Positions 24,608 through 39,017 of a stretch of DNA of 64,000 bases are shown here, in pieces. Within the stretch, counting starts at the first letter, position 1. The number at the start of each line of letters is the position of its first letter. The notes under the pieces are model-generated. The model saw only the letters and a list, made by a program, of their open reading frames with translations. It did not search any database and was not told the origin of the DNA. The translations under genes were made by a program, and so were the position numbers. This DNA is from Octopus sinensis (lineage: Eukaryota). The DNA lies in NCBI RefSeq assembly GCF_006345805.1, contig NC_043017.1, positions 15,004,001 to 15,068,000 on the forward strand, given 5' to 3'.

Positions 24608-24952
24608 GAGTGTGTGTGAATGAGTGTGAGTGAGTGTGAGTGAGTGAGTGAGTGAGTGAGTGAGAGTAAGTGAGTGAGTGAGTGAGTGACAGTGAATGTG
24701 AGTGTGTGTTTGTGTGTGTGAGTGTGTGTGAGTGAGTGAGTGAGTGAGTGAGTAAATGTGAGTGTGTATGTGTATGAGTGTGTGTGAGTGAGTGAGAGTG
24801 AGTGAGTGAGTGAGTGAGTGAGAGTGAGTGAGTGAGTAAGTGAGTGAGTGAGTAAGTGAGTGAGTGAGAGAGTGAGAGTGAATGTGAGTGTGTGTGTTTG
24901 AGAGAGAGAGGGAGGGAGAGAGAGAGAGAGAGTGTGTGTGTGAGTATGTGTG
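24560..24952. repeat. (GT)n/(GAGT)n/(GA)n compound microsatellite
   Basis: Direct reading. Confidence 0.95.
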
Positions 24953-25399
24953 TGAGAATTTCTTGTCTTGATAGGAATCTAAATTTTCTACACCAGTCAA
25001 TGGCCTTTTTCGTTTTTTCCCAAATCTCTTCCGAGACGAAATTGTCTTAGCATTAAAAATTCCCCGTTCAGGCACAAAATTTTACATAAAATTTGACATA
25101 GTAGTTATAAACTGACTTTTAAGAAAAATATTGTGAAACGATCTTCTTACAATTCGCAGACGATATTGTCGGGCCCCTTGTATGATTAATAATATCTGAA
25201 TGGTAAAAGTTACCGCCCCTTGTATCCTCCGACATGTTTGTTTATATTCATGAGTTCCCGTTTTCCGTTTGTTTTATTTTTTTAATATAAAATATATTAA
25301 AATGGATGAAACTTCCTAATTTTTTGTATACTCCATTTATTTTGGATATATTTCCCATTTTCCTAACTTTTTTTTCACAAGCGTCATTTTCTTGGAGAG

Positions 25400-25635
25400 G
25401 TTCGCTCCTAAAGAAGCGCCGTGTAAATAATTGTGCTTAAATGATATACCAAATTGGCTATTAGAAAGAGTACCGCAAATAGCGTTGCTACAGGTTCAAT
25501 GATTTCGCTCGGAGGTGGGGCCCAGTGACTTCATCTTTCATTGTATAATTTCATTCATTTCATTCGTTTTATTTTGCCCCCCCCCCTCCCACGTGCTGTC
25601 CCCTCTATGTAAGACCTTTATGGCAATAATAAAAT
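25400..25635 (+). mobile_element. probable decayed LINE 3' end (L1/Tx1-like)
   Basis: Ends in TGTCCCCTCTATGTAAGACCTTTATGGCAATAATAAA, a tail related to those at 31981 and 63065. Confidence 0.4.
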
Positions 25636-25890
25636 AATGGAACGTTTGGTAGTCTCGCGAAGTACGTTGTATGAACACAGTGATTGACCGCTGGTGTGTA
25701 ATCCAACGTGTGTCAAGGACATAAAACGGCTGAAGATAGAAATGAGTGGGAAAACTAGGACTGCCATTGACAGTCCACTATTATTCCTATTGTTGACTTT
25801 TGACTAATAAATATTGATTGAAAACGAATGCGATATTGAGTAAAATATCTATAGAAGATCAGATCACATTAACAGAAGGCACAGTAAAGT

Positions 25891-25981
<91 letters not shown>

Positions 25982-26777
25982 TCTCGGCATGTATTGCTTA
26001 ATTCACTGTAGGCAGATCATTGGTGTAGTTGTGAAAATATCCAGATCGGATACAGCTTATTTATTTCTTCTTATCTCGTTTTGGGATAAGAGTGTATAAT
26101 ATATATACACCAATGTCTTGTTCTAGTCACTTCTCCGTGCATGGAGGAACAGAGAGAGCAGGAGAGAGTAGAAGGAAATGTGACAGAGATAGATGGATGT
26201 AAGTTAGAGTATGTGTATATCCGAGCATTTTTAAACATGCAGAATTGTGTATGTATGCGTGTATGTATGTGTATATATGTATATATAATAATAAAGAAGC
26301 AAATGGTACAGTTATCCAATTTATACAGAGCAACTAATTAGCGGTGTAATGAAGCTTCGGGAATATAAAAATTAAGGAGAGAAACAAATTTCAAAGATCG
26401 GTGTTTATATTCATTCAGTCCATTTCAAATTGTCGAAATTCTCCGCATTATATATAGATGCGTTGACATATAGGAGATATGGCAAAAACTCATAAGAATT
26501 TATAAATATATAAATATACGAAGATTTATAAATATATAAAAATTTATAAACATATAAATACATAGACGTGCTTGCGAGGTTGAATGTCCGTATTAGGTAA
26601 GCTAACTCCAACTATAGCAATTATATAGCAATTACCTATACTTCTCTCATCAGACTTAAGAGATTGAAAGAGTTGTTAAAATTTTAAGAAACATGAAAGA
26701 TTTGAGAATTTATAAAAAACGAATACTTTGTTGGAGACTGCTGTTCATGCGAATATTTTGTAAAATATTATTAACAA

Positions 26778-26941
26778 CTAGCTCTACGCGCGGGTAAGAG
26801 TGTGGTTGTTACTTTCTGTTATTTCCTTTCTGTTTTTTATCACCACATTTTCCCTCTTTGTTTCTCTCTCCTTTCTCTCTCACTTTCCCACTCTCTTACT
26901 CTTCCTTTCTCTCGGACTCTCCCTCGCTTTCTCTTACTCTC

Positions 26942-26979
<38 letters not shown>

Positions 26980-27800
26980 ATTTATAAACAATAAAAGATC
27001 TTGAGTAAGTTGAGAGAAAGAAATTATTTGAAAGATCATTCATAAATATCAGGCAGTGACAACGGAAAGGTCTGCTTCAAGGCAGACAGCAAAACACTAA
27101 CATTTAAAAGGGACAGACGAACTTGCGAGCTGAATAAAAAAAAAAAATATTGGAAACCAAAGTTTGAAGGGATAGAATCTGAGGATAGTAGAGTCACCAT
27201 GGCTGGCATTTCTTAACGACGAACGGCAAGGTAGTGGCAGTTTAACGGCTGGCGTAAAATTTTGAACTTGATGTAAAAGAAAATTCGTAAACACCAAGTT
27301 TTGAAGTGATTCTTTCTCACGACAGTAGACTCACCATGGCAAGCATTCAAAACTTCATCATGGTCGGCAACACATTGACGATGTAAAGGCTGGCGCAAAT
27401 TTTTTAGCTTGATGTAAAAGAAAATTCCTAAACACCCGCTCCTTGAAATTTTAATCCCCTTCCAGCCCCATTTAGACCCCTTTTCACATTTTGGTTAATA
27501 TAACTCGATTTCATTCGGGTCTACTCGGGCCACGTTTTATAAGATGAGGAATTTTGTCCTAGCGGTCACGCCTTTCATTTGAGGAAAAAAATAGTTGCCA
27601 TGCAAACTCGCCAGCACTTTTAACATAGGTGTGCATATTTTCAGCTCAACCGACCACATAATGCACACATTATATATATATATACGCATTAAATATATAT
27701 GTACATATATACGCATTATATATACAAATACACAAATTATTATATATATATATATATATATAATTATATATATATATAATATATATATTATATATATATA
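26778..27800 (-). mobile_element. partial non-autonomous Helitron copy (tandem duplicate of the 3' part of 27803-30070)
   Basis: CTAG at 26778 followed by ...ACGCGCGGGTAAGAGTG; body duplicated in 27820-29000. Confidence 0.7.
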
Positions 27801-27868
27801 TACTAGCTGAAGGTGACCCGCTCCACGCGCGGGTAAGAGTGTGTTGTTACTTTCTGTTGCTTCCTTCA

Positions 27869-28180
27869 GCACGTAAAAAGCACCATCCGAACGTGGCCGA
27901 TTGCAGCGCGCCTTGACTTTGCTTCTGTGCCGGTGGCACGTAAAAAGCACCAACCGATCGTTGCCGCTGCAAGCCCCCCCTGGCACCTGTGCCGGCGGCA
28001 CGAAAAGAGCACCCACTACACTCACAGAGTGGTTGGCGTTAGGAAGGTCATCCACTTGTAGAAACACTGCCAGATCAGACTGGAGCCTGGTGCAGCCTCC
28101 TGGCTTCCCAGACCCCGGTCACACTGTCCAACCCGTGCCAACACGGAAAACGGATGTTAAACGATAATGATGATGATGAT
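27869..28180 (+). mobile_element. SINE-like element with RTE-type 3' end inserted in the Helitron
   Basis: Present in the 27.8-kb copy and absent in the 26.8-kb copy; GGCGTTAGGAAGG...CCAACCCGTGCCAACACGGAAAACGGATGTTAAACG(ATG)n. Confidence 0.7.
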
Positions 28181-29012
28181 TCTCCGTCTTTGTTTCTCTC
28201 TCCTTTCTCTCTCACTTTCCCACTCTCTCTTACTTTTCTTTTCTCTCGGACTCTCCCTCGCTTTCTCTTACTCTCTATCTTTATCTATCTCTATCCCATT
28301 TATAAACAACAGAAGATCTTGAGTAAGTTGAGAAATAAAATATTTACAAAAGATCAATCATAAATATCAGGCAGCGGCAACGGAAAGGTCTGCTTCAAGG
28401 CAGGCAGCAAAACGCTAACATTTAAAAGGGACAGACAAACTTGCGAGCTGAATAAAAATAATAAAATATCGGAAACCAAAGTTTGAAGGGATAGAATTTG
28501 AGGATAGTAGAGTCACCATGGCTGGCATTTCTTAACGACGGACAACAACGTATTGACAGTTTAACGGCTGGCGTAAAATTTTGAACTTGATGTTAAGAAA
28601 ATTCGTAAACACCAAGTTTTGAAGTGATTCTTTCTCACGACAGTAGACTCACCATGGCAAGCATTCAAAACTTCTTTATCATGGACGGCAACACATTGAC
28701 GATTAAAAGGCTGGCGCAAATTTTTTAGCTTGATGTAACAGAGAATTCCTAAACACCCGCTCCTTTAAATTTTAATCCCCTTCCAGCCCCATTTAGACCC
28801 CTTTTCCCATTTTGGTTAATATAACCCGATTTCATTCGGGTCTACTGGGACCACATTTTATAAGATGAGGAATTTTGTCCTAGAGGTGACGCCTTTCATT
28901 TTGAGGAAAAAAATAGTTGTCATGCAAACTTGCCAGCACTTTTAACATAGGTGTGCATATTTTCAGCTCAATCGACCGACTACGTAATGCACACATTATA
29001 TATATATATATG

Positions 29013-29055
<43 letters not shown>

Positions 29056-29329
29056 GTGTGTGCACGCATTATATATACAAATGTATACAAATGAGATATA
29101 TATCTGTATAAATTAAATTAGAGATAAAACCACTAATAGGCAACTCAAAAATTGAAAAACCAAAAGCAAAAACATTAAACAAATATAATATATAAAATAT
29201 ATAAAATATAAAATTGAAAAATTTTAATTATTTAAATTGAAAATAAAAATTATTAAATTATATTTATAATTTGTTTAAAAATATATATAATTATGAAAAA
29301 GTTTAATATACATAAATACAGATATATAC

Positions 29330-29630
29330 ACTTTGTATATATACATATTTATATATAGAACACACACACATACATTATATATACATATTTATATATAGAA
29401 CACACACACACACACACACATACATTATATATACATATTTATATATAGAACACACACACACACATACATTATATATACATATTTATATATAGAACACACA
29501 CACACATACATTATATATACATAATTATATATAGAACACACACACACACATTTATTATATATACATATTTATATATAGAACACACACACACACACATTAT
29601 ATATACATATTTATATATAGAACACACACA
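29330..29630. repeat. minisatellite, ~7 copies of ~42-bp ACATTATATATACATATTTATATATAGAACACAC(AC)n
   Basis: Direct reading. Confidence 0.9.
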
Positions 29631-30070
29631 GACCACCAAGTGTCCCCCAAAATCAATAAAATCCCAGTTTTTACACGAAAACAACCACTGTAGCGCCACA
29701 AAACGTCTCCCAATCATTTCCCCCCCCTCAAGTTACCCCCTCCTGTAAATTTGAATCCCCTTCCAGCCCCATTTAAACCCCTTTTTACATAAAAATCCAA
29801 TCTGTGACTACGTTTGCCTTCTTCATTTTACAGATAGGATTAAATGCCAATCGCGCCAATCTGGAGGGGCTTAGAGCCCCCTTGAATCTTCTCACCATAG
29901 CAACCACATATTTCCAGATGGTGAGTTTTAACCTACTCAACTCTGTCTCATCACGCCTTCTATGCCTGTGTCAATTTTCAGCTCGATCTGACCACTGGTG
30001 TGGCTGCCAACCTCTGACGTAGCAAAACGTGCACACGATTTTGGCCCAAAGCCTCTTTTATATATATAGA

Positions 30071-31268
30071 TAGCAGAGAAACCCAGGCTTGCTCTGGATT
30101 AAAATAGTTTATCATTGTTTTATTTTTTTCGGTATTATAACTCGATTTCATTCGGGTCTGCGCGGGCAACACTTTAAAGATGAGGAATTTTGTCCTAGAG
30201 GCCATACCTTTCAATTGAGCAAACTCAAAGTTGCCATGCAAACTTGCCTGGACTTTTAACATAGGTGTGCAAATTTTCAACTGAATCTTACCGTATTTAC
30301 TAACACTTTTGCCTGTATAACTGCTTGTGAAACAAGGTCTGCCCTTTTCACAAATATGTAGTAGACGTACAGAGATACCCGACCTTACTTGGGATTAAAA
30401 TGGCACAGTTTTTCATTGATTTACTTGTTTGGTTAATATAAACCGATTTCATTCGGGTGTAATCGGGCCACATTTTAAAAGATGAGGAATTTTGACCTAT
30501 AGGTCACACGTTTCATTTGAGGGAAAAAATAGTTGCCATGCAAACTCGCCAGCACTTTTAACATAGGTGTGCATATTTTCAGCTCAACCGACCACATAAT
30601 GCACACATAATATATTTATATATATATATATATATACGCATTAAATATATATATGTACATATATACGCATTATATATATATATGTGTGCGTGTACGCATT
30701 ATATATACAAATGTATACAAATTATATATATATATATATATACAGATATATACACTTTGTATATATACATATTTATATATAGATACAGACACACACACAC
30801 ACATATAAATTAACCCAATAAATATCTGATTCATATTTGTTCTTATGATTGTGTTGTGGTTGTGGCGATAATAAAACTCTCTATGAATGCAGACAGACGT
30901 TCAAAGAGAGAGAGAGAGGGGGGTATAAAGAGTGACAGCGCTGGCGAAGGCGGCAGGGAAAGATAGTAGCATTTGTCAAACGTCCTTATAGAGAGAAAGT
31001 GATGGGAATGGAGGAAACAGAGAGAGAGAGAGAGACGGAGGAAGACAGGCAGATAAGAGAATGAGAGAAGACTTGTCAAAGTGTGCGCTTTTTGCCCTAG
31101 TAACCACACCTTTTAAGATAGGGATATCTAACCTAGCCCACTGACATCCTCACCTCATTTTACATGTCTCTGCAAATTTTGGAGTAAATCCGACGGGATC
31201 TAGTGCCCTTTAACCCGTTCCAATGCCAAAACCAGACAAACAAACTTTTCGCATTTCAGATTTATAGA
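30071..31268 (-). mobile_element. second non-autonomous Helitron-like unit, abutting the first
   Basis: Degenerate 3' end TAGCAGAGAAACCCAGGCTTGCTCTGG at 30071; 5' end ...CAGATTTATAGA|T at 31268; shares the GTTGCCATGCAAACT...ACATAGGTGTGCA module. Confidence 0.55.
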
Positions 31269-31980
31269 TATTTGATTAGGTTTCACTGGTTAAGGAACAT
31301 TACAACGCTATATTTTAAGACGAATCCATAATATGAAGTGTGGCTAGATTAAAATCTTATTGGCTAATTATTTGGGGGGAAGAATTTAAACGTTGAAAGA
31401 ATTTTATATCTGTAGGTAATTATGACATCAGATATCTTATTATGCTTTTGTTGTTAGCGCGGATTTTTTGGATCGCTTCCTCCCTACATAAATTGCAACT
31501 TTTAGCGTATGTATTATATGGTGTGGTTTCCGTTATGATAGACCAATCGAGATTGAATTCTTTATTGCTCATTTTTAATTTATTAATGTGAGAAGCTAGA
31601 GTGGATGAATTTTTTTGCTTCGTGATTGAATTTGTATGTTCCCTATATCTAATCTTAAAATCAGTCGTATTTCTTAAGTAAATCTTTTTAGGTTCATTAA
31701 GTGTTGAAACTTCAACTTTACATATATACTAGCATTTATATATATATATACAACGCCGGGTCATAGTGCTAGTTTGGTATAAATTTAAATTAAAAATTTG
31801 GGGTAATAAAACATACAATGACATATTAAAAAGACGAATTAAAATTCCAGAGAAAAATACAGAAAAGATAAATATACAAATTTACAAAAATGCATAAAAA
31901 TGCACCAATTAATATGAAACATATCATATATTTAAAATTGACACTCCCCTCGTTAGGATGTTTTTTTACACACAACACAT

Positions 31981-33480
31981 CGTTTCTTTATTACCCATAA
32001 AGGGCTACACAGAGGGGACAATACAAACATTGGGGATATAAAATATCACAATTACATAAATATGGAAAATGAAATATGAAAAGGAAAAGTGAAAGTGATG
32101 CTAACGGCCCCATCCGCTAGCATCACTTACCTGTCCTTCATACTTTATCCTGAATGTAATACAGATCGTGCTCTATTTTCATCTCAAATCTCTTTTCCAT
32201 TTCTGTTATTATCTCGTCATCTATTTCAAATCTAAACAATTTATAGTTTTTCTTTTTACATTTTTCCACGAATTCTTCCATACGTTCTTCCAAGATTACA
32301 GCGTACCTATCACTGTCCTTGTCACACCAGTGATAGTCTTTCAATATTTCTTTTACGTCTTTTTCCCTCGAAATACCTAGAAAATTGGGCCTAGGTTTTT
32401 TTGCGGTATCTTGTCTGCTTCTTCTTTTTTTGTTTTCTTGTTGGTGGGGAGCGGGTGGGTTCACTGTCTGCAGGGGAAGGGTGGGTCACGGAGGGTGCGG
32501 GTGGTGTTGGGGTGGATTGGGGTTCAGCACTATTTATTTTTTCCTTCTTCTCTTCCTCCTTCTTCCCATTCTTGTTGTACCTCCTCCTCTTCCGTTGTGA
32601 CATTCTCCGTTGTTTTCTGCTCTTCCTCGTTGGCCACTACTTCTCTTTGAGGTTTCGCATCAATTTCCTTTGATGGGGGGAGGGCAGTTAGCTCTTATGT
32701 GACCTTTCAGGCCACACTTGTAGCAGCGTGGAGCACTGTGCTCCACCCACACTCTCATAATAACACTTCCCGTTCTGATATTCTCAGTCAATTGTTCCAA
32801 TATTTTAACTTCAGCTTGCAAGTTTAATTCCAAAACTGCACCCTTCCAGCCTCCTTCATCTTTCACTGTAGCATGGAGGATGTCAACTTCTTCCTCACAT
32901 CCACTGATTACGGCTGCCACTATCCACTCTCCGTCAACATTAGGAGGGCAGAAGGAACACCTTTTCTGTCTTCACCGTTCTCGCTGCCATTTTCCTCGCC
33001 ACACTTTCATTCTTGAATTGGATCTCCACGGTACCGAAACTTATGCCTCTTGCCAAGAATATTATGTCTTCTTCCGTTCTTTTTAATGCTTCTTCTATTG
33101 TTTCCATACCGACGACTTCTGTTTTCTTTTTTCCATTGGCTTAAACCCGACACGTGATGGTCCTTCGTCCATGCCACTCTCCTCGTTTTGGTGGCGGTGA
33201 CAACTCCACTTCACCGCCGACCTTTTTAATAAATGCCTGGTAGCTTGGCAACTTGGCCAAGTCTATTTCTCTTTCCTCCGTTCTTGTCGCTCCTGCGTAT
33301 GTGTTGCTTAATTGCTTGTCCATTTTCTTTATCGCCTTTCCAAGTTCTTCTTCAGAAGTCGATAAATCCGACACACTTTCGTACATACTTCTTCTGGCCA
33401 TCCCTCCCTTAGGGAGGGGCAGCCCACTTCTTCCTTGTCTGTCTCAACACAGACAGACAAAAAACCAAAAAGCCGTGAAA
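31981..33480 (-). mobile_element. gag/ORF1-only non-autonomous non-LTR element (Tx1/L1-like ORF1), disrupted
   Basis: ORF pieces 33401-33141, 32920-32660 (CYKCGLKGHIRANC = CX2CX4HX4C) and 32464-32138, then a hairpin, U-rich UTR and AATAAA tail; no APE or RT. Confidence 0.7.
32660..32920 (-). pseudogene. ORF1/gag fragment with CCHC zinc knuckle
   Basis: IMRVWVEHSAPRCYKCGLKGHIRANCP. Confidence 0.8.
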
Positions 33481-34289
33481 TAATAACGTTTAACGATAGA
33501 AATTAACAGGTTCAAATAAGAAGCACAATAACACACAACACATAGTACACGGAAACAAATGCACAATTACATACCTGCTACATGCGAAAGACCAGACATT
33601 ACGTACTCCCAAAAATTCTCATAGATACTGAATGCTACTTTATAAGCATATAATTCAATCTAGCAGCTATAGTAACTGGACTAATTCACTTCTGCACTCA
33701 ATTAAATTTTTCATCTTTTAATTTCTCCCATTCATGCAAAGCCACATATTCGAGTTCAAGTCCTTGATACATTTTATACTAATTGCTATTTTTTCTTTTA
33801 ATTGTTATATTTCGATTTAATTACCATTTTAATAAAATAAAATATATTTAATTACTACTTACTATATTTAATTCAATTATTATTATTACCTCTAACTTTT
33901 ATTGCAATTTTTATTTCTAAATTTCTTATGCAACGTCGAGTGGATCTTATGCGTACAATATATTTTTATATGATGTTTATATATTTATATATTACTATAT
34001 ATTTCTAAACGTCGGGCTTTATGTCTGTTCTTTATATATAAATGAATATATGAATATAAGTATGTGTTTGATCTTTCTATGGATTTTGTAGTGCTCTTGT
34101 AGTTGCTGCTCGCATTGCCTCCCCTCGGATTAAAAAGTGTATACAGCTCATTTGAGCAACACTATTCCAGTCTGTTATATATTTTGAGCGTTGCTGTCCA
34201 CTAAGATCTCAAGATATAACTTTATATTTTGTAATATATATATACATCCATATACATACAATAGAGAGATGTTTTTGTTTCACTTTTAA

Positions 34290-34624
34290 CACGTAATACT
34301 GAAATAGTCGAGAAGATATGATATTGCTATGGGCTCGCTCTAGGAAAGAAGTAGAACATTTTTTGGCCCATGAAACTACATGGACCCTGAAATTGGTTGT
34401 GTAGTTCTCAAGTTTTAGGCAATCGTAGTGGAGAAGATAGGATATTGCTGTGGGCTCGCCCTAGGCTAAAAGTTGAAAAATATTTTTGCCGATGACACTC
34501 CCAGGACGCTAAGTAAGGAATGTGTAAAATTTGAATGAAATTGGTTGTGCAGTTCTCAAGTTTTAGGGAAACACACAGACAGACAGACACACACACACAC
34601 ATTCTCAGTTTTATATATATAGAG
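34290..34624 (-). mobile_element. Helitron-like 5' terminal fragment with internal duplication
   Basis: Ends CAGTTTTATATATATAGAGA; GAAATTGGTTGTG..GTTCTCAAGTTTTAGG occurs twice; no CTAG end found. Confidence 0.5.
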
Positions 34625-35766
34625 ATATTTCTCCTTAAACAGAAACCTTTTAGGAGACAAAGCTCCCTATTACAATTACGTGTTTTATTTCCAGATTTAG
34701 CCTTTTTATTTTTGATACCAGGGTTTTTATTATTATTATTATCATTCATATTAAGGTCAGCTATATTATCATCTCTATTAAAGCTGTTATTTCTAAGTTT
34801 AAGTCTATCTTGGCCGCGATTATAGATCCTGGATTGGGTGAGTTTGAGTACGATAATTTAAGGCAGGATCAATTAAATATGGAGTGATATTTATGACCTT
34901 GTGGGAAGTCCCTATAAATAATCTTAAAAAATAATTTAGGGAGGTTTCTGACCTGGAGGGAAGATGGGGGTGTGAACCATATAATTTTCCGTCTCCTCCC
35001 CGAGTTGTTGCTATACTGTCATGTTATGATGGCAAACAATCTTTACTCCAAAGTACTGTTGCTGTATATTTCTCGTTGGGAGATTTAGAAATAGTAATTT
35101 TCTACATAATACATGTAAATATTTATATATAAAGGTAAATATTATTTTCCATCTTTTAACATTATTTTACTATTTTTCTCAACAAATTTTACTAAAATTG
35201 TTACATTTGAGGTTGTTGTTGAGAGCGAGTGGGCATTAGTATATAATGCCAATTTACTGGCGTTACGTGAAGAATTCTCAGAGAGAGGATGGGTTTGGTT
35301 ACAGAAATCTGAAGGAGATGGAAAACAGAGAGAGAGAGAAAGAGAGAGAGAGAAGGAAGGTGCGTGTATTTGTAAAGACTCTTTTTACATTTCTGACATA
35401 ACGACGCCTTTATGTCGGCCATTGCTTTTAGAAAGCCTCGTTTTGGGAAGAATTTCCCTCTCTTAATGACTCCTCGCTTTGACGAGGTTTCAAACGTAAA
35501 TGTAAGATTATTTTCTCTGCACAAATTACTTCTCATCCATACAGTTTGAAAGTTTCATTAATGGAATGTTATAGCTTATAGGTTGGTCGTTTCTCTACTT
35601 TTTTCTTATTTTATCGCTGTTTTAACTATTTTGGTAATTGTCTCAAAAGTGTCGACATTGTTGCTTAATCGATCGACAACACATTAAAAAAAACTTCCTG
35701 CTATCGAAGCAGTAATTGTCACACACAAACACACACACAAAAACACAATATATTATATATTATTAT

Positions 35767-35817
<51 letters not shown>

Positions 35818-36342
35818 TATATATATATATATACACACACATATATATAATACATATACATATATATATATATATATATATAATATATATTATATATATA
35901 TAATGTATGTAAATATATCGCATATAAACAAGGCGCCAGAAATCACTTTGATGGTTATATTTACATGCATGTATGTGTGTATGTAGTGTATGTATATGTG
36001 TGTGTATTTACATTATATTTAAAGAAATGCATTTAAAAACCAGTAAAAATAGTGTCTAATTATTGCCGTTACCTAAGGACAGAGGGCGTTATAATTAGAT
36101 GTAGCGTGTGAAGTTTTAACGTGAACATACAGATACATGGATATATATATATATATATAATATATATATATACACATATATGTGTATGTATATTACATAT
36201 ATATATGCGCGCGAGTGTGTGTATATATGTATGTATATATATATATATATAATATATATATATATTATATATGGTGTGTGTTGTGTGTGTGTGTGTGAGT
36301 GTGTATGTATATTACATATATATGCGCGTGTGTGTGTATGTA

Positions 36343-36379
<37 letters not shown>

Positions 36380-36727
36380 GTATATATATATATACACATA
36401 TAACAAAGTATACAAGCAGAGAGATACACATACAGGATGGAGAATGAAATATTCAGTGCAAAACTAGAGATTAAAATGTAAATTTCTTATTAGAAGGTAA
36501 TAAATTCCATACACTTAGTTTCCCGTTTCCGCTCTCAGGACGAAACTCGTAATTAAACTCCAACATATGTTTGAGTATATTTTGGTTAAAAAGCGAAACA
36601 CATACAAATGGTATCTAATGCATCCAATAAGAAGTCGATGGATATGCACATTGCACATATAAACCCACATATATATATTATATGCGTATTTATGTATGAA
36701 TGTATATGAATATATATATACATATAT

Positions 36728-36797
<70 letters not shown>

Positions 36798-36852
36798 CAA
36801 CAAAACAAATATATATATATATATATTATATATATAACAAAAAACAAAAACA

Positions 36853-36891
<39 letters not shown>

Positions 36892-37370
36892 GAAAGCTGT
36901 GTGTGTGCGCGTGCCCGCGTGCGTGTATTTCCACATACGACTTCGTTTCGTTGTCCATAGGAACCCACTTCGGTTGGAAAGAAAATGTGATTGAGAACGT
37001 TATTCTGTACAAATATATAATGGAAGAAATTATGGTGAAACATAAGATAGAAGAAAGGTAAAAAGAAAAAAAAAGTGGCAAGAGGTTTACCGCAATAAAT
37101 TCGTATATACTCATTAATTTCTAAATTTGTATAAAGTCACGTAGAATAAGAAATCCATTCTTTATTCGCCACATATCTATAAGTATCAGAACGCACGATT
37201 GAATTCCATCTGACATTTCCGTTACCGCTCCCCTAGTAATGAGAAGCACACGATTCAACCACGAACGTTTCATAGAGTTTAGTCATATTTAATCATATTT
37301 TACCAATGCACATTTCGTATACTTTTTACACACTTTCAACCTTCATGATTTTGATGGTATTTTATAGGCT

Positions 37371-37420
<50 letters not shown>

Positions 37421-37436
37421 TGTGTGTGTGTGTATA

Positions 37437-37931
37437 CATAAAAATTGGCCCTTTCTCATCTTGTATGAGGAGTACCGAATGTCTCCATGCACTACCTGCC
37501 TGACAAGAAACTCAGACACTCCCATGTCCCTGGCAATGGACCTGATTGGCTTGGAGGGATCGTTGTCAATCATGATCTGGATCTCACCAACGAATTCAGT
37601 TCTTTTCATATCAGAACGATCAGAGTTAATTTTCCTTGATGACGTACCTTAGTAATCCCCATTAGACTCATTCAACTCTTTCCGAATCCTCTGCACTGGC
37701 CTCACATTGAGACCCAAATACTCTGAAATGTTCGTAGTGGAGCTTCTGGCACGCGAAGGCCAAGCAGTACAGCATGTCGTTTCCAAATTTCTTGCATTAT
37801 GGTGCTGATTTTCTCACAGACGGTGCGCAACTGACCCTACAATACTCTGTGGTCAAAAAAATCAATAGCAAACAATGAGCATACGCGAACGTAAGAATAT
37901 ATGATGGTAGCAACTTAGTCATTGCACCCTG
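37437..37931 (-). mobile_element. Tc1/mariner (maT-like) DNA transposon, 5' half
   Basis: TA|CAGGGTG terminus at 37931; ATG at 37797; disrupted HTH region and IDNDPSKPIRSIARDMGVSEFLVRQVVHGDIRYSSYKMRKGQFL; truncated before the DDD domain. Confidence 0.8.
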
Positions 37932-38112
37932 TATGTTATTTTGCATGCCATGGTAGCGAGATTTAGCTAATATACGATGACCGGACGCCTCCCACTGGTG
38001 AAGCCCAGTAGACTGAAATCGCATGATATGGAGTTTCTGGTACCCATAACGTGGACTATTCTCCTCTGTCAGTATTTGTGCCATAGATTTTTATATATCT
38101 ATGACGCTTATA

Positions 38113-38187
<75 letters not shown>

Positions 38188-38217
38188 TGAATACATATAT
38201 GCATATATATATATATA

Positions 38218-38642
38218 CTCTTTACTCTTTACTCTTTTACTTGTTTCAGTTATTTGACTGTGGCCATGCTGGAGCACCACCTTTTAGTCGAGCAAATCGA
38301 CCCCAGGACTTATTCTTTGTAAGCTTAGTACTTATTCTAACAGTCTTTTTTGCCGAACCGCTAAGTTACGGGGACGTAAACACACAGCATCGGCTGTCAA
38401 GCGATGTTGGGGGGGGGGGACAAACACAGACACACATACATATACACATACACATACATATATATATATATATATATAGATATATACGACGGGCTTCTTT
38501 CAGTTTCTGTCTACCAAATCCACTCACAAGGCTTTGGTCGACCCGAGGCTATAGTAGAAGACACTTGCCCAAGGTGCCCCACAGCGGGACTGAATCCGAA
38601 ACTAAGTGGTTCGTAAGCAAACTACTTACCACACAGCCACTT
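38218..38642 (-). mobile_element. SINE family B (tRNA-like head, LINE-like 3' tail)
   Basis: Reverse-complement homologue of 50735-51170; (GAGTAAA)n tail. Confidence 0.88.
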
Positions 38643-38977
38643 CTACATATATATATGTATTTATTATACTTATATATACATACACACATATATTTAGATA
38701 GGTAAATAGTTAGTAAGAGACAAATAGATAGATAGAAAGAGAGGGGGAGAAATTCGTGTATTTGTGTGATTTCCAAAATGGAGGCGAACACCTTTCTTGA
38801 TGTGATCGGCTTGAAAAAATTATTAAAACACTAGGATATTTCCTACTCTGCCTAACATGAAACCAATGGTAGCCTTAATTCACAAATAAAGAAACTATAT
38901 CCACCAATACAGTGTTGAGCACTCATCTTCATCCTTCGACATTTACATGTATATATATATATATATATATATGCATG

Positions 38978-39012
<35 letters not shown>

Positions 39013-39017
<5 letters not shown>

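Larger units (their letters stand above)
27803..30070 (-). mobile_element. non-autonomous Helitron
   Basis: Minus strand starts A|TCTATATATATAAAAG (30070) and ends CCCGC-GCGTGGA-GCGGG hairpin, 10 nt, CTAG|T (27803); A|T insertion site, no TSD. Confidence 0.8.

Noticed and set aside
31751-31772. Plus-strand Helitron 3' end CAACGCCGGGTCATAGTGCTAG
   Set aside because: Only half a hairpin and no attached body; too short to call.
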